NCBI RefSeq assembly: GCF_964355755.1
Contig: NC_092671.1
Span: forward strand, 38,078,304-38,142,303
Direction of reading: 5' to 3'
From: Antedon mediterranea
Lineage: Eukaryota; Animalia; Echinodermata
Length of the DNA stretch: 64,000 nt
Translations under genes and position numbers: made by a program
The notes under the pieces: generated by a model
Told to the model about the DNA's origin: nothing
What the model saw: only the letters and a program-made list of their open reading frames with translations
Database searches by the model: none
In this document: positions 24,541 to 37,500 of the stretch, piece by piece
How positions within the stretch are numbered: the stretch's first letter is position 1
Layout of the letters: each line of letters begins with the position of its first letter

Positions 24541-27500
24541 TAAAAGCATAAACAAGCAAACACCACCTAAGTGGACGTCTTCAATTTTTTTCAATTCTGT
24601 TCCTTTTTCCTGCAATTATTTTATTTCAAGACTATTGTGAGTAGAAAGTTCATTTCAAGGTTCCTGAATCATCAAGCATTCTTTGTAACCATCTTGTATT
24701 TTTTGAGTTTTGAACTATATAAGTTTAAACTTTTTCTAGGCTAAGGAAGCTGTTGTTTTATCAAGCTAGACAGGCTGATAAGCTCATCTTGTCACCTACC
24801 AAAGACTGTTTATTACCATCAATAACAGCCTAGCTTGTATTTTTAGTAAAGCCATTGTTTCAACCAAGGAAGTCCTTTGTTTCAGAGAAGTTTACTAATA
24901 GCATTGGAATGTAGGTTCTTTGTTCTCAGCTGATTCAACATGTTGCAGTTAATGAACAGTTCGTTTCTCTTTGCTGTTTTGGCTTCAGCATTGTGTGTTA
25001 TACGTAGGCCTATTAAAGCAACGTATAAACCAACAATTAATGATGAATTCACACCCATTATGAATCGCCTGACAAAAGACAACTGGACATCTCCTACTTT
25101 TATAAATCCTGACAACTTATCAATTAAATCTCCAATATGCCAACTACTTGCACTTTCCAAGAAAACCATCACACTTTGTCGATTAAAGAAGCAAAATCTG
25201 ATCAAACTGAGTATCCTTATTATGATTGCTGGTGATGTTGCATCAAATCCTGGACCTGTTAACCAACAAGCACAAAATGACTTCAATTTAAACTGTTTCA
25301 AAAAACGAGGCTTACATTTTGTACACCTCAATATTCGTTCGCTACTTCCAAAAATTTCAGAACTCCGTTTACTAGCTCAACAAACCAAAGCGGCAGTATC
25401 AGCATTATCTGAAACTTGGTTAGACAACAGTGTAACAGATGCTGAAGTAGAGATTCAAGGTTATACAATCACAAGGAAAGACAGAAATTGAAATGGAGGA
25501 GGAGTGTGTATCTACATAAGAAATGATGTATCGTTCAATACAAAACCTGAAATGAATATTGACAGTCTAGAATCAATTTGGATTGATATATTGCTACCCA
25601 AGTCGAAACCTATTGCTGTTGGATGTTTTTATCGCCCTCCCACTTGTAAAGCATTTCTTGAAAACTTAGAGTCATCCTTCTTAAACTTAAGATCTGATTG
25701 TGAATTGTATCTTTTAGGTGATTTTAATATTAATTTTAATAGTCAAGATGAACCACTATTGAAAAGGTATAAAGATGTATTAAGTTTATTTAATTGTTCT
25801 CAAATTATAGACATCCCTACTAGAATAACCGATACTACAGCTACTACTCTTGATCATATAATTACCAATTCAAAAGAAAAAATATTACAATATGGTACTT
25901 TAAATGTTGGTCTAAGTGATCACTTGATCACATATTGTACCCGTAAAATATGGAGATGTCAAATTAACAGACATAATACAATACGTATTCGTAGCATGAG
26001 ACATTACAATAAGGAGTCTTTACTTAACAAACTTGCTAATGTTAATTGGGAGTCAACTTTATCATGTAACGAAGTAAATGAGGCTTGGTTTAGGTTTATA
26101 ACTGTATTTTTAGGTGTCATTGACGAAATAGCTCCTGTGAAAGAAGTTAGAATTAAATGTAGAACTGAACCTTGGATGAATGATAATATCCTTCTGGATA
26201 TTCGTCAAAGAGACAAACACCTATTTTTATTTAAGAAATACCATTGTAAAGACATGTACTCTAAATATTGTAAATTAAGAAATAAGATACAAAGAGATGT
26301 TAAGAAAGCTAAATCAGAATATTTCAAAACTAAGATTGAGGAAAACAAGGGTAATCCCAAAAAACTTTGGCAAACCTTAAAATCTACAGGTTTTAGTCAA
26401 CAAAGTAAATCTCAAAATACAATTGTACTTAATAATAATGGTCATCCATGCACTGAACCATTTTCTGTAGCTAATCTCTTCAACAAATTTTTCACTAATG
26501 TTGCATCTTTGTTAACTGATAAATTACCAAATTGTAATAATATATATGGTGTTAATACTACACCCTTCAAACAATACTATAAGAACAAAGGGATAAAGAA
26601 GAACAGTTTCGTTTTACAAACTATATCTAATGATTTTGTACTTGACCAACTAAATTCTTTAAATCCTAGCAAAAGTACAGGACTTGATAACATTCCTGCT
26701 AGATTTCTTAAGGATGGAGCTAATATTATTGTTCAGCCAATAACACATATTGTTAATTTATCATTATCTCTAAAGGTTTTTCCTAATGATATGAAATTTG
26801 CTAAGGTCACACCATTATTTAAAAAGAACAATAGGCAGGAAGTTAGTAATTATAGACCTATTAGCATCTTACCAGAAAAAGCTGTTTTTGTACAATTACA
26901 TAACTATCTCAATGAAAACAATGTAATTAATGATTTTCAATCAGGTTTTAGAGAAAATTATTCTACTGATACTGCTTTAATTAATTTAACCGATCATATA
27001 AGATCTGAAATATCTAAAGGTAACTTTACAGGTTTGGTGGTCCTTGACATACAAAAGGCTTTTGATACAGTCAACCATCAGATATTATTGCAAAAACTGG
27101 TTCATATGGGCATTGATAAAGATTCTTTATTATGGTTTGAATCATATTTGAAAGGTCGCTAACAAATTACATCAGTAAATGGCGTTCAGTCTCAACCATG
27201 TACTATATCTAGCGGAGTTCCGCAAGGTAGCATTTTAGGACCTCTTTTATTCATATGCTACACGAATGACATCCCAATTAGTGTAAATTGCAATATTATG
27301 TTATATGCTGATGATACAATATTGTTGTCTTCTGGTAATGATATTAGACAAATAGCTAATGATTTAAGTTCAAACCTGGAATCATGTAACAACTGGCTTA
27401 TAAACAACAAACTATCATTACATCCTGATAAAACTGAATCAATATTGTTTGGTACTAAAAGAAAACTTAAGAATGTTCATGATTTTGCTGTTATGTTTAA

Positions 27501-28410
27501 AAATAAGTTGATATGTAAGAAGAATATGATCTCATATCTTGGTTGTTTGCTTGATGAAGACCTGTCTGGAGAATCTATGGTTCAAAAAGGTGTTAGTAAG
27601 ACTAATTCAAGACTTAAATTTTTGTATAGACATTCTGCATGTCTAAATTTCTTTTCTCGTAAAATTCTATGTTCGGCACTGATTACTTGTCACTTTGACT
27701 ATGCATGTTGCTCCTGGTTTTCCGGTGTTTCTAAAAAACTTAAACAAAGACTCCAAACCAGTCAAAATAAAGTTGCTAGGTTTATATTAAATAAAAATAA
27801 TCGTGCACATATTGGTAAAGACGAACTGAACCAAATCGGTCAATTATGTCTAGAGGATAGAATTTGCCAACTCAAACTTAATCATGTTCATAAGATTTTT
27901 TATGGAAAATCAGTACCTTATTTGACTGAAAAGTTTCAAAGAGTTTCATCTAACCACCATTATATGACTAGAAGTAGTGTCAATGGTTTTTCAGTTCCTA
28001 AATCTGATAGTCAAATATCTAAAACGTTTTATTATACAGGCATAAAGGCATGGAATAACCTACCTCATTCCATTCAACAAATAGAAAACAAATTTAATTT
28101 TAAGAAAAATGTTAAATCACATTTCTGTTCTACCAAATAACTTTATAAGTCAATCATAGTCTTTAATTTAACTTGTTTTTTATATTATTGTTTTTTTAAT
28201 ATTTACGTGTTTAATACTATACTTTGTAATGTTTATATTTTTTATTTTAGATTGTAAAAGGATCCCAATGGAAATAAGCTGATAAGCTTTTTGGGCTATC
28301 CTGGAAAGTCTTTTATAAATGTATTATTTGTAATGTCCGTAATTTATGTTATCACTTTGTATGTATTTTTTATGATGATTTTCCAAATAAATTCAAATCA
28401 AATCAAATCA
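24541..28410 (+). mobile_element. Crack/L2-group single-ORF LINE, apparently full length
   Basis: 5' UTR, EN-RT ORF, 3' stem-loop GGATCCCAATGGAAATAAG...TTGGGCTATCC, AATAAA and (TCAAA)n tail. Confidence 0.88.
24940..28140 (+). pseudogene. pol: Endonuclease-RT ORF with an N-terminal 2A-like motif; two in-frame nonsense codons (25489, 27160)
   Basis: ORFs 24940, 25504 and 27298 share one frame; HLNIRSL, SETWL, YRPP, GDFN, SDH, QSGFR, GVPQGSILGP, YADD. Confidence 0.92.
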
Positions 28411-30561
28411 ATTACAGATTTTCAATGCAATTTCAAAATGGCATCCAAATTGCCCTATCTCCGTAACCCTTTGGTCTATCAAAATGATATTGGTATCAAA
28501 ATACTCGGAACATATATATTCATATTAATAGGCCACTATGTAATTTTTTTGTCATTTTTTGTTAAAAGCAAAATTCCAGCTGATTTAGTTTCTCTACGTT
28601 GTAAAGTAATACAAAAAAGATGTTGCCATTTTTCTAAAAAAGATTAAGGGTGTCAAATCCGAGATGGCCACCAGTACGTAAAATATCCAATAAATTTAAC
28701 AAATTGGACAAAGTAACACGCAATATGAATAATAGTTAAAATGAATGTATAGTCATATAGTCTAGGACCTGGGTCAGATTTGTATGCATTTAATTTAGGA
28801 AAGAATATCTCAACTGTTAGTGTTATAGGATAATGATCTAGACTATCCTCAGCCTAGATATAAAAAAAACACAAATTAACTACAGATTCTTAATACAAGT
28901 TGGGTAGCAATGGAAAGAATATTTAATGGGCTTTCATTTGATACCAAATAGTTTTTTCAAACACTTAAATAATTTAATATTATATAAAAAAACATAACAA
29001 TTACGCCACCAAATACTCGTTTTTTGTATAAAAGTAATCAAAATATGCACATTTTCCATACAATTAGTTTCATAATTAAAAATGTTCAATACAAGTTGAG
29101 TAGCAATGGGTAGCATATTGTGTATGCTTTCATTTGATACCATACAGTTTATCTATTGGCATTTTAAAGAATAATTTAACCAGAAAATGTGTTTTTTGGT
29201 AATTTTTAGGTCAAAGGTCAGTGACAGCATTTCCGGTCATTTTTCCGCTAAAAGTTATGTTAGACCGAATACAAATATGTATATTCTGAACAATTTGACA
29301 CCAAAAGAACACTTGAATTATTAAATATTATAAATAAATCAAAATAAATTAACACTATTTAATATACTCATTTTGTAAAAAAATAATAAAATATGTACAT
29401 TTTTAACAAAATTAGCATCATAATTACAGATTTTTAATAAAAGTTGGGTAGCAATGGGTAGAATATTTTATGGGCTTTCATTTGATACCAAATAGTTTTT
29501 CCAAACACTTAAATTATTTAATATTATATAAATAAACATAACAATTACGCTACCAATTATTCATTTTTTGTATAAAAGTAATCAAAATATGCACATAGAA
29601 GATTATATACAATAATTGAGATCATGGAGATTATTATTATGATACAAAGAATTCAAAGTGAGAAACTAAGGGAAAATTTGGTTAGTGAAACCAATGATGC
29701 AATGGTTACCTTATTAACCACTAGCCTTGAGTGTCAGTACTGTAATGTAGGAACACAAATATTTATGGAATTCATTGCTGCAAGAATCAGCTTTTAGAAT
29801 GATGATTTGAAATGCTGGATTGAAGCATTTCATTCACCCTGCGACAACACTTGCGAAATTAAATTCGCTGAATTGTTGCGCAAGCAGCGTTCCATATAGT
29901 TTATAATGTTTTAATTGTAACATAATTGTATCTTATGGTATACCTTGTGCCCTAAGGATAGAAACCAAAAATTGAAACACTTTCAAGTGCTAATAATACC
30001 ATGATGATACACTCTATTACATATTAGTACAAACCTAGCACTCTTCAATAGTAATCAAAATTTCTTTAATTTTAATTATTATAAATTGTTTTAAAAATTA
30101 ATATTTCAGAGGGACAATTATTATATATTCACTCACCCTTAGCACAAGGATGTAATTTATTAAGTACAAGTTCACCAAATTTTGCAGCTGTCTCAATAAT
30201 TTTTAAAGTTTGATTCCATCTACATAGGAATGTATCTTCCTAAATATACATTTGTGGAAATTGCTAGATATCAGATTGAAGGCAATTTGTACACCCTATG
30301 ATATGCATAGTTTTAATATATTGTTTAGCAATATTTAAATTGTATACAATATACAATTTGAAATAAATCATTTTTTTACCATTCCTAAAAAAAATGTGTA
30401 AAATAATTGAATATGTCAATTTAGTAATGGAAATCATAACATGATACTTGAATATTCTAAATCTAATATGTAAACTACAGTACTGTACTGGCAAGTAATA
30501 CTGTAGTTCATTTATTATAGATTATGGAAAAGTATCTTTGTGAAAATGACAAAATAACACT

Positions 30562-31422
30562 GGCCCCGTTTCTGCTGCCAAAAATATACCGTATATATAC
30601 GGTATATTTTATATACGGTATATTTTTTGGCAGCAGAAATGGGTCTCATAAAAAATATACCGTATATATATGCGGTATATATACCGCATAAATATCCCCA
30701 TCGTTTGTGGATATTATACGGTATATTCCAAAATATACCGTATATTTCGTACCCCGTTTCTGCTGCACTCAAAATATACCGTATATGTGACCCGGCCCAT
30801 GACACGAGGTCAAAAACTAACAGAGCGTGACGCGTTTGTTTGGTTTTTCTGCTGCATTGACACACACGTGTATAATAAGCAAGCAACAGATCAAAATATC
30901 ACTGTGGACTGGAGAAATAAATATTTTTGCAATTCAATTGTGGGGAGAAGCGAAGGTTGGGGGGAGACTACATGGCAACAGAAGAGATACCGAGATTTAC
31001 AAAAGTATCTCAAACAAAATAAAAGCATAATTTGTGGTAGACTTAATAACGCCAAAGTTATCGGCAAACGCCGTCGTCTTCTTTGCATAAATGTAGTCAA
31101 TGCCCATTCTACATTTCTAGATTGTTTGTGCGATGTAAATTCGTTGCCACTTCTGATGATTAGATTTCAAATAGAAAGCAATGCTAAGACGTTTTGAGAA
31201 ACCATCATTGTTTTGTTTTTGTCATGTAACCTCACTACACGAGACTCTATGTCAATCCATACTTCCGTCTCACAAATGATGCATTTTGGGTATATGAAAG
31301 CCAACTTTTTTTACAGCCCACCCACGAAGTATGTGCAGCGGAAACGGTGCACGAATTTCATACGGTATATTTATACGGTATATTTATACGGTATATTTGG
31401 GATTGGCAGCAGAAACAGGGCC
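30562..31422. mobile_element. MITE, PIF/Harbinger-like
   Basis: 19-bp TIR GGCCC(C/T)GTTTCTGCTGCCA at both ends, 3-bp TSD ACT, subterminal ATATACCGTAT repeats. Confidence 0.85.
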
Positions 31423-32879
31423 ACTGTGGTAACAATACAATATTTAACTGAAAGTAGCCTTCAATGATTAGCATAGAATTCTCATAAAATCTTGTGATAT
31501 CTGAGAAGGTCACTCCCAATGGACTGGTGGTATAGCAATTTTACCAAACACAATTAACTACACTACCCAGTAGAACCAGATGTAGTTTACACTGAGCTTC
31601 TTTTCGAAAAGAAGCTCTCAAAAAGAAGGCCTCCCCACCCTGTTTGGTTTGCAAAAGTAATCTCGAAAAGAAGCCCACCCAAGAGTCCTAAAAAAAGAAG
31701 AATCTCATAGGGCCTAGGGTTCTTTTGAAGTTTTACGGTAAAAATATAAGCATGGAGCAACATTAGATTACATATGTTGCACCATGTCATAAGTAAGGAC
31801 CTTCAGTAACAGTAAACCCATCGAAAAAACTAACTTTGCGAGTCTGAACTATTATAAGACTTTTATTTACATGCCGATGATTACATCATTTTGAGACGTT
31901 GCGCATGCGTCAGATCGTATTTCTCACTAGAATTAGAGAGTTGGTGAGACTTGGATTTGACGTACACCTAAATATTTTATGCCGAGGTCTTTTGTAATCC
32001 AGTTTTTGGTCGTTGAGTGAAATCTAAAAGTGTTCAACGAGAAAGTCAGCTTGATGGGAACTGCATCCACATGATCTAAAGGTCCATAATGGTCACATTT
32101 AGTGCTGATGGAATTTAGGTAATGTTACTTTTGTTAAATTTAGCATTATTCAATTGAAATGCAAACTAGACTTAAAAGAAATGAAGCCAATGAGTTTACC
32201 TCCATGATTAATCAAATAGCCATTTCTTGTTTGCAACTAAATTAAAAGTTTTTTTAGGCTTTTATATTGCAAACATTTTTTTCTGCTGAATATTATTACT
32301 CTATTAATTAGTAATTAATACAAATTTTGTCTCATGATTTGAATTAAACAACTTGCTGATTAATTGTTTATGTGTAAAACCACTTGATTGTTAACTCATG
32401 TGGAAAATTTCTCTATGGTTAACAGCCATTAGCCTATAATTCACTTCATTGGTTGATCATTTTAGTTAACTGAATCCGATTGGTCAGTTATTGAGCCTAT
32501 AATTGTTTTATATTTTTGAACTAATTCATTCTTTGTTTAGCATTTAATGTTAACAAGACCAACAATTGATATCTCTTTGCACATTATTATACTGTACTGT
32601 ATTATCTTTCATACATTTTGTCATTGTTCAGCATCAGATGGTCCACAACAAATTTGACTTCTATTTGGAAGCAACAGCAACCTGTTTGATTGTGAAATTA
32701 AGGTAATGAATAGCCATTTTCATTTGTTTTAATTTGAGTTTTATACCATTTACATTTGTTTTGATACTATTGATGTTTACATTTCAGCTTTTATATTGCC
32801 AGTGGGAATTCTGTATAATATCACATATATAAATGCTAGTTTGTTAATTAGTTATTTAAAAAAATATACACTTACATTT

Positions 32880-33990
32880 ACTGTTTAAAAAACATAGCAA
32901 ACCCCCATTGAACTAAAATAAAAGTGATTGAATTGTGTAGTGTACAACTTTGGTATGTCAGTAAAAAAATAGTACAGTATTTATTTTTGGAGTAAAACAT
33001 AATTTTTGGTTAAAAATAATTCATAAACCTGCAAACCTTCAAAAAACATGGCAAACCTCATTAAAACCAAATAAAAATGATTGAGTTGATTGATTGAATT
33101 CTTAGGGTTTTTTATAATTCCTTTATTGAGAACGTTTTAACTTTTTCCTCTTTTATGCTGGTTTTTTAGTCTAAAGCCTTATCTACACTATCAAACTTTA
33201 TGTGTCAAAAAAGTTTGATGTGCCTATATATGGTAGTGCTATGCTTAAATATGGTAGTGATATGACATCATCATGTCCATATATGGGCACATCACATTTT
33301 TTTGACACATAAAGTTTGATAGTGTAGACAAAGCTTTAGTTAGGGTCAAAGAGAAAAACTCACTACAAAGAATTGTTAACTTAAGTTCTAAATTAGTAGG
33401 TTGTCAACTTTGTAGCTTATCTTCTTTTTGTGACATGCAAACTCTAGAAAAAAAGTAGAGCTATTCTAAAAAATGTTAACCATGCCTTGTTCAGTAATTT
33501 CAAGTCATGGGTGTCGCTTTCGATGCCCAGCATGTAGAACAAACCGGAAAAGGAATTCGTTTTTGCCAGTGCAGTGGCCATCTGACTCTTAAATTTTTTT
33601 ACTTTGACTCTTGTTATTTTGTACTGTGTTTTGTGATATTTTGTAAGATAATTTTAATCCAGACCTTTTTATTTGAATTGCACCGTGTGGGATGATTAAA
33701 GAATTTTGAATTGAATATGTATACGTAGTGTACAACCTTCCTACCACTTGGTTTGTCAATTTAAAAGAAAGTTTTGTTGTTACAACATATTTTTGGGTAA
33801 AACAGCATTTTTTAACCCAATTATTTTTAACCTTAAATATGATGTTTTACCCCAAAAATAAGTACTGTATTTAACAATTTTTAGCAAATTTTTGTTTTGA
33901 CTGACATACCAATTTAGTCATACTGTACACTACATGATTCAATCACTTTTATTTTGGTTCAATGGGGTTTAAAAATATGTTTTTTTGTGA
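32880..33990. repeat. Degenerate long inverted repeat pair (~32880-33000 vs ~33840-33990), likely an old non-autonomous DNA transposon
   Basis: CCCATTGAACTAAAATAAAAGTGATTGAAT versus ATTCAATCACTTTTATTTTGGTTCAATGGG, plus further matching blocks. Confidence 0.6.
33175..33335. mobile_element. Short palindromic MITE, Harbinger-like
   Basis: AGCCTTATCTACACTATCAAACTTTATGTGTCAAAAAA... is inverted at the other end; flanked by TAA/TTA. Confidence 0.85.
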
Positions 33991-34293
33991 TGTTTGAAGG
34001 ATTTAACAATACCCATTTTATCAGTGTTTCAATGGTTGAATTATATTGATTGTAAATAAAAGTTTGCGCTGTGTCAAAAACAATTCTTTTAATAGCAAAA
34101 TTATAATATTTTTTAACTTAGACAAAAGTGTTCCATTTGGATGTTAAAATGTCTCGTCCGCAACGACATTATAAATCATATTTAATAAAAATAAATAAAT
34201 AATAATAAAATGTTATAATTTAAACAGGTAAGTTATATAAAACAACTATCTGGCAACATTATATAAAACAGATTAGGTACCTTTTATAATGAG

Positions 34294-34455
34294 CGCCAGT
34301 AAGGCAAAAGGCACACCACAATAAAGACGACCGGACACGTAAGACTCAAGTAGAATAAGATCTTTATTCGTCAAAACCAAATATCACAACAATAACATAA
34401 CAATCAGCGGCCATGATATATGAGTCAACCCAGATAGGGGGCGCTAGGACTGGCG
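34294..34455 (-). repeat. 3' LTR (162 bp) with termini CGCCAGT...ACTGGCG
   Basis: 7-bp terminal inverted repeat; purine tract at 34462-34480 on the minus strand. Confidence 0.85.
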
Positions 34456-34574
34456 TAATCATTTTTTTTTCTCTTCTCCTAAAACACAAAAGTCAAAAAC
34501 AAAACAAAGCAAGCAAAAGCACTCAAAATCTAAATTGAATGGTCGAAACTTAACTATATAATACGAATGAAACA

Positions 34575-37500
34575 TTATAAATCAAGAACGTAGTCAGAGA
34601 GATGACTAGGAAATCTGCGTGAACGTGTGGATGTGCGATGAGACAACTGTGCTGGAACTTCCATTGGTGATTCTTCCGGGGTCTGTATGGATGATGACTT
34701 GTCGTTCACCTCATTACGAGAGGCTGAAAGAGTTGACGGTACCTCGGGTGGAGGAAATGGAGACGGATCAACTGTGAAATCAGGTTCTTCATCAGAGGTG
34801 TCGCAGTGGCATTGTGAGGTTGGTGTGGGAGAATGATGAACGTCAGTCGGTACAGTAAAACACTCTGATTTCTTTACACGATAAGTAGCGCTTCTCAATT
34901 GTGAGTGCGTAAACTTTCGGACGTTGCACCACTTTCCATCTATCGAAACAACGAGATAGCGATCTCGTGCACAGGTCTTGCGACGATCTGTCCACAGGTA
35001 GACTAAATCACCAACCGTAATAGAAACGTCAGGTGCTGCACACGCGACGGGTGCCTTAGACTTTTCGCTGTGCGCGTGATTAGAGGCTCTGAGGTGCTGT
35101 TGGCTGACAATCAACTTGCGGTCAGAAATAGGGATTTGGTCATGAGTGAACTGATCTCGCTGTGTCCACATTTCGCGAGACGACAATCCTCGTGTTCGGA
35201 TACGGGAGTTAAGACGAGATGTGGCGACAGAAAGCACCGTCGGTGAGATGGGACCACCACCAGGCTCTTGCCGAAGTAACTCTTCTGACAATTCGCGTAC
35301 AGCTTTCTCTCCAACCGGGTTTTTGTTGATGTTCTTAACGCTGCCAATTTCGATCGCAATCCTATGTTTCAGTAAGACGGGATCGTGGACGAGTGCCATG
35401 AAGCCCGGGGCAGGGTCTGTGCGGATGGTTGCTGAGGGGTCCTCCACGGGGCACATGCCAATGCATAAACGAATTAAGGTATCACGGAGAGTATCGTGCT
35501 TCTCATCGCTGATTAAACACGAAAGGGTGTAAGACGTCACTGTCTCTCTGACAACAAGAATAAGTTGACGCTCGCGTTTTAGGACATCGGCGGCAAAGGT
35601 GACTCCGAGCTTCGACGGAGGATCATCAGTGGACTGTTCAATTGCAGTGGTGGGTACAGTACGGATCGAGGCACAGTGATGACACGATTCTGACACCTGT
35701 TCTATGGTTTTGTCCAAGTCAAGCGCAAAGTGGCGGCGAACGGATAACTTTAGTTGGTGACTAGTTGGGTGATCTAGCCGGACGTGAAGTGATGTCAGCA
35801 ATCCGTTTAATACGAGGCGAGGGACAATGATACATTCATGCTTAAGTGAGAGTGGTTCAGTGCGGTTGACTACAAAGAGACCATCTCTTCCAATGGAACA
35901 ACAGTTAAGGTACCGTTTAATGTCCCTGACATTGGTTAACTTTTTAGATGGACGCGTTCCTTGAATAAGATGAGCTTTTACACGCCGAAGGTCAGGACAC
36001 TCTGATTGGATGGCTAGCCAAGCTGGCCGACTGGTGAACGGGAGTTTGGCGTCTCCAGTAATGAAATCACGTATCGATGAACGTAGTACCGTTGACTCTA
36101 TCGCGCCGTTGACAAATGAGCAAACCTGACAGTTGTCAACTGAGCATGGTGGAGCGTTGCGACTAGCAAAGTCGGATGGGACGTTGGCTGAGCCTGCCAG
36201 GTGCCGAATAGAAATCTGGTACCTGCTAGCGGTGGACAGGAAGGTGGACACACGGGGACTGACTGAGAATTCTCCCCTGCATAGCTTTTCAAGCGCTTGG
36301 ACACATGGCTTACTGTCAGTTAGGACACATGTGTTATGTCGAGACTGGATAATAAAAGGACTAAAATGTTTAACGGCTGCCGCGATAGCCAAAGCTTCGA
36401 TCTCGCAGGGTAGCCATGTGACCTGACGTGCACGGAGTTTGGCACTAAAAAAGCCGGCTAACTGTGGTTTGGATTCACGAGTAACGTATAAGGTTGCGCC
36501 TAGACCATGACTTTTAACAGCACCATCCGTAACGATCCACAGTTGGTCATCGGGATGAGGTAAAACAATGACCTTGTTTGAGTCAAGTGCGTTCTGTGCT
36601 ACTTTAAATGCTTCATGCAAGGCATCGTACCAATGTATTGTTTCTTTGGACTATAAGCCGGCTATGGCTTCTTCCAGTGGAGCGATGAGAGATGCGCACT
36701 GAGGTAAAATGCGTGCTAACACATTATATGCCCCGATAAAGGAGCGTAAACCTCTTACCGTCGGTGGTGGAGTGCATGCCTTTAATGTTGAAATACGATG
36801 AGTATTTGCGCGAATAGAACCTAGGGACCAGGTCCACCCAAGAATGGTTGTAGTTTGTGGACAAATCACCGTTTTCCTAGCAGACAATCGCAGACCACAC
36901 TTGCATTGGAGTAGACGCCGCCAATTGTAAATTAACTCCTCTAAACTGTCTCCTCCACAATAAAGGTCATCCGCAAGCTTTGCTACTACTCCCTCCTTAA
37001 TCAAATCCCCCAGTACCCGACAAGTCAGCTCTTCGAGGGCGGTCTCTGAACCAGGTAGCCTATACCCTTGGCACACCGGGCATAAACTCTCACACCTCGA
37101 AATGGTGTGGCAACGCCGCAGTACTTCATAGAAGCGCGAGACAAAGGAATCTGGTAAAAGGCCTTTGTGAGGTCAGTAGTGATTAAGTGCTTCCATTTTG
37201 CGATGTTACGTAGAACGGAGTTGACATCCGGCATAAGGGAGGGTTGGGGTTTCGCATATTGTCCGACCTCGGCGAATGCTGTAACCAGACGGTAACCACC
37301 ACTCTCTTTTTTGACAAGGAAAGATGGGTTAAGATATTCGACTTGGACACCGACGTCCTCGGGGCGAACAAATACTCCCACTTCCTCAAGCTCATCAAAT
37401 TTGTCCTGTAGCTCAACCAGTTTATCTCTGGAGTACTGAGGAACTCGACCTTTCCTTTGAGGAGGCTGTACTGGTCCTATGTTAACAGCAGCCTGGAATG

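Larger units (their letters stand above)
23551..29600. repeat. Non-coding DNA-transposon-like repeat (GCTTTCATTTGATAC modules) hosting the LINE at 24541
   Basis: Direct repeat TAGGACCTGGGTCAGATTTG... at 23551 and 28763; ~23750-24050 is inverted at ~28990-29300. Confidence 0.6.

Noticed and set aside
30515-31467. Cluster of overlapping ORFs
   Set aside because: They lie within a MITE with low-complexity subterminal repeats and show no protein motifs
31600-31740. Pogo/Tigger-like end (TTTTACGGTA) with repeated AAAAGAAG.CC motifs
   Set aside because: Only one terminus visible
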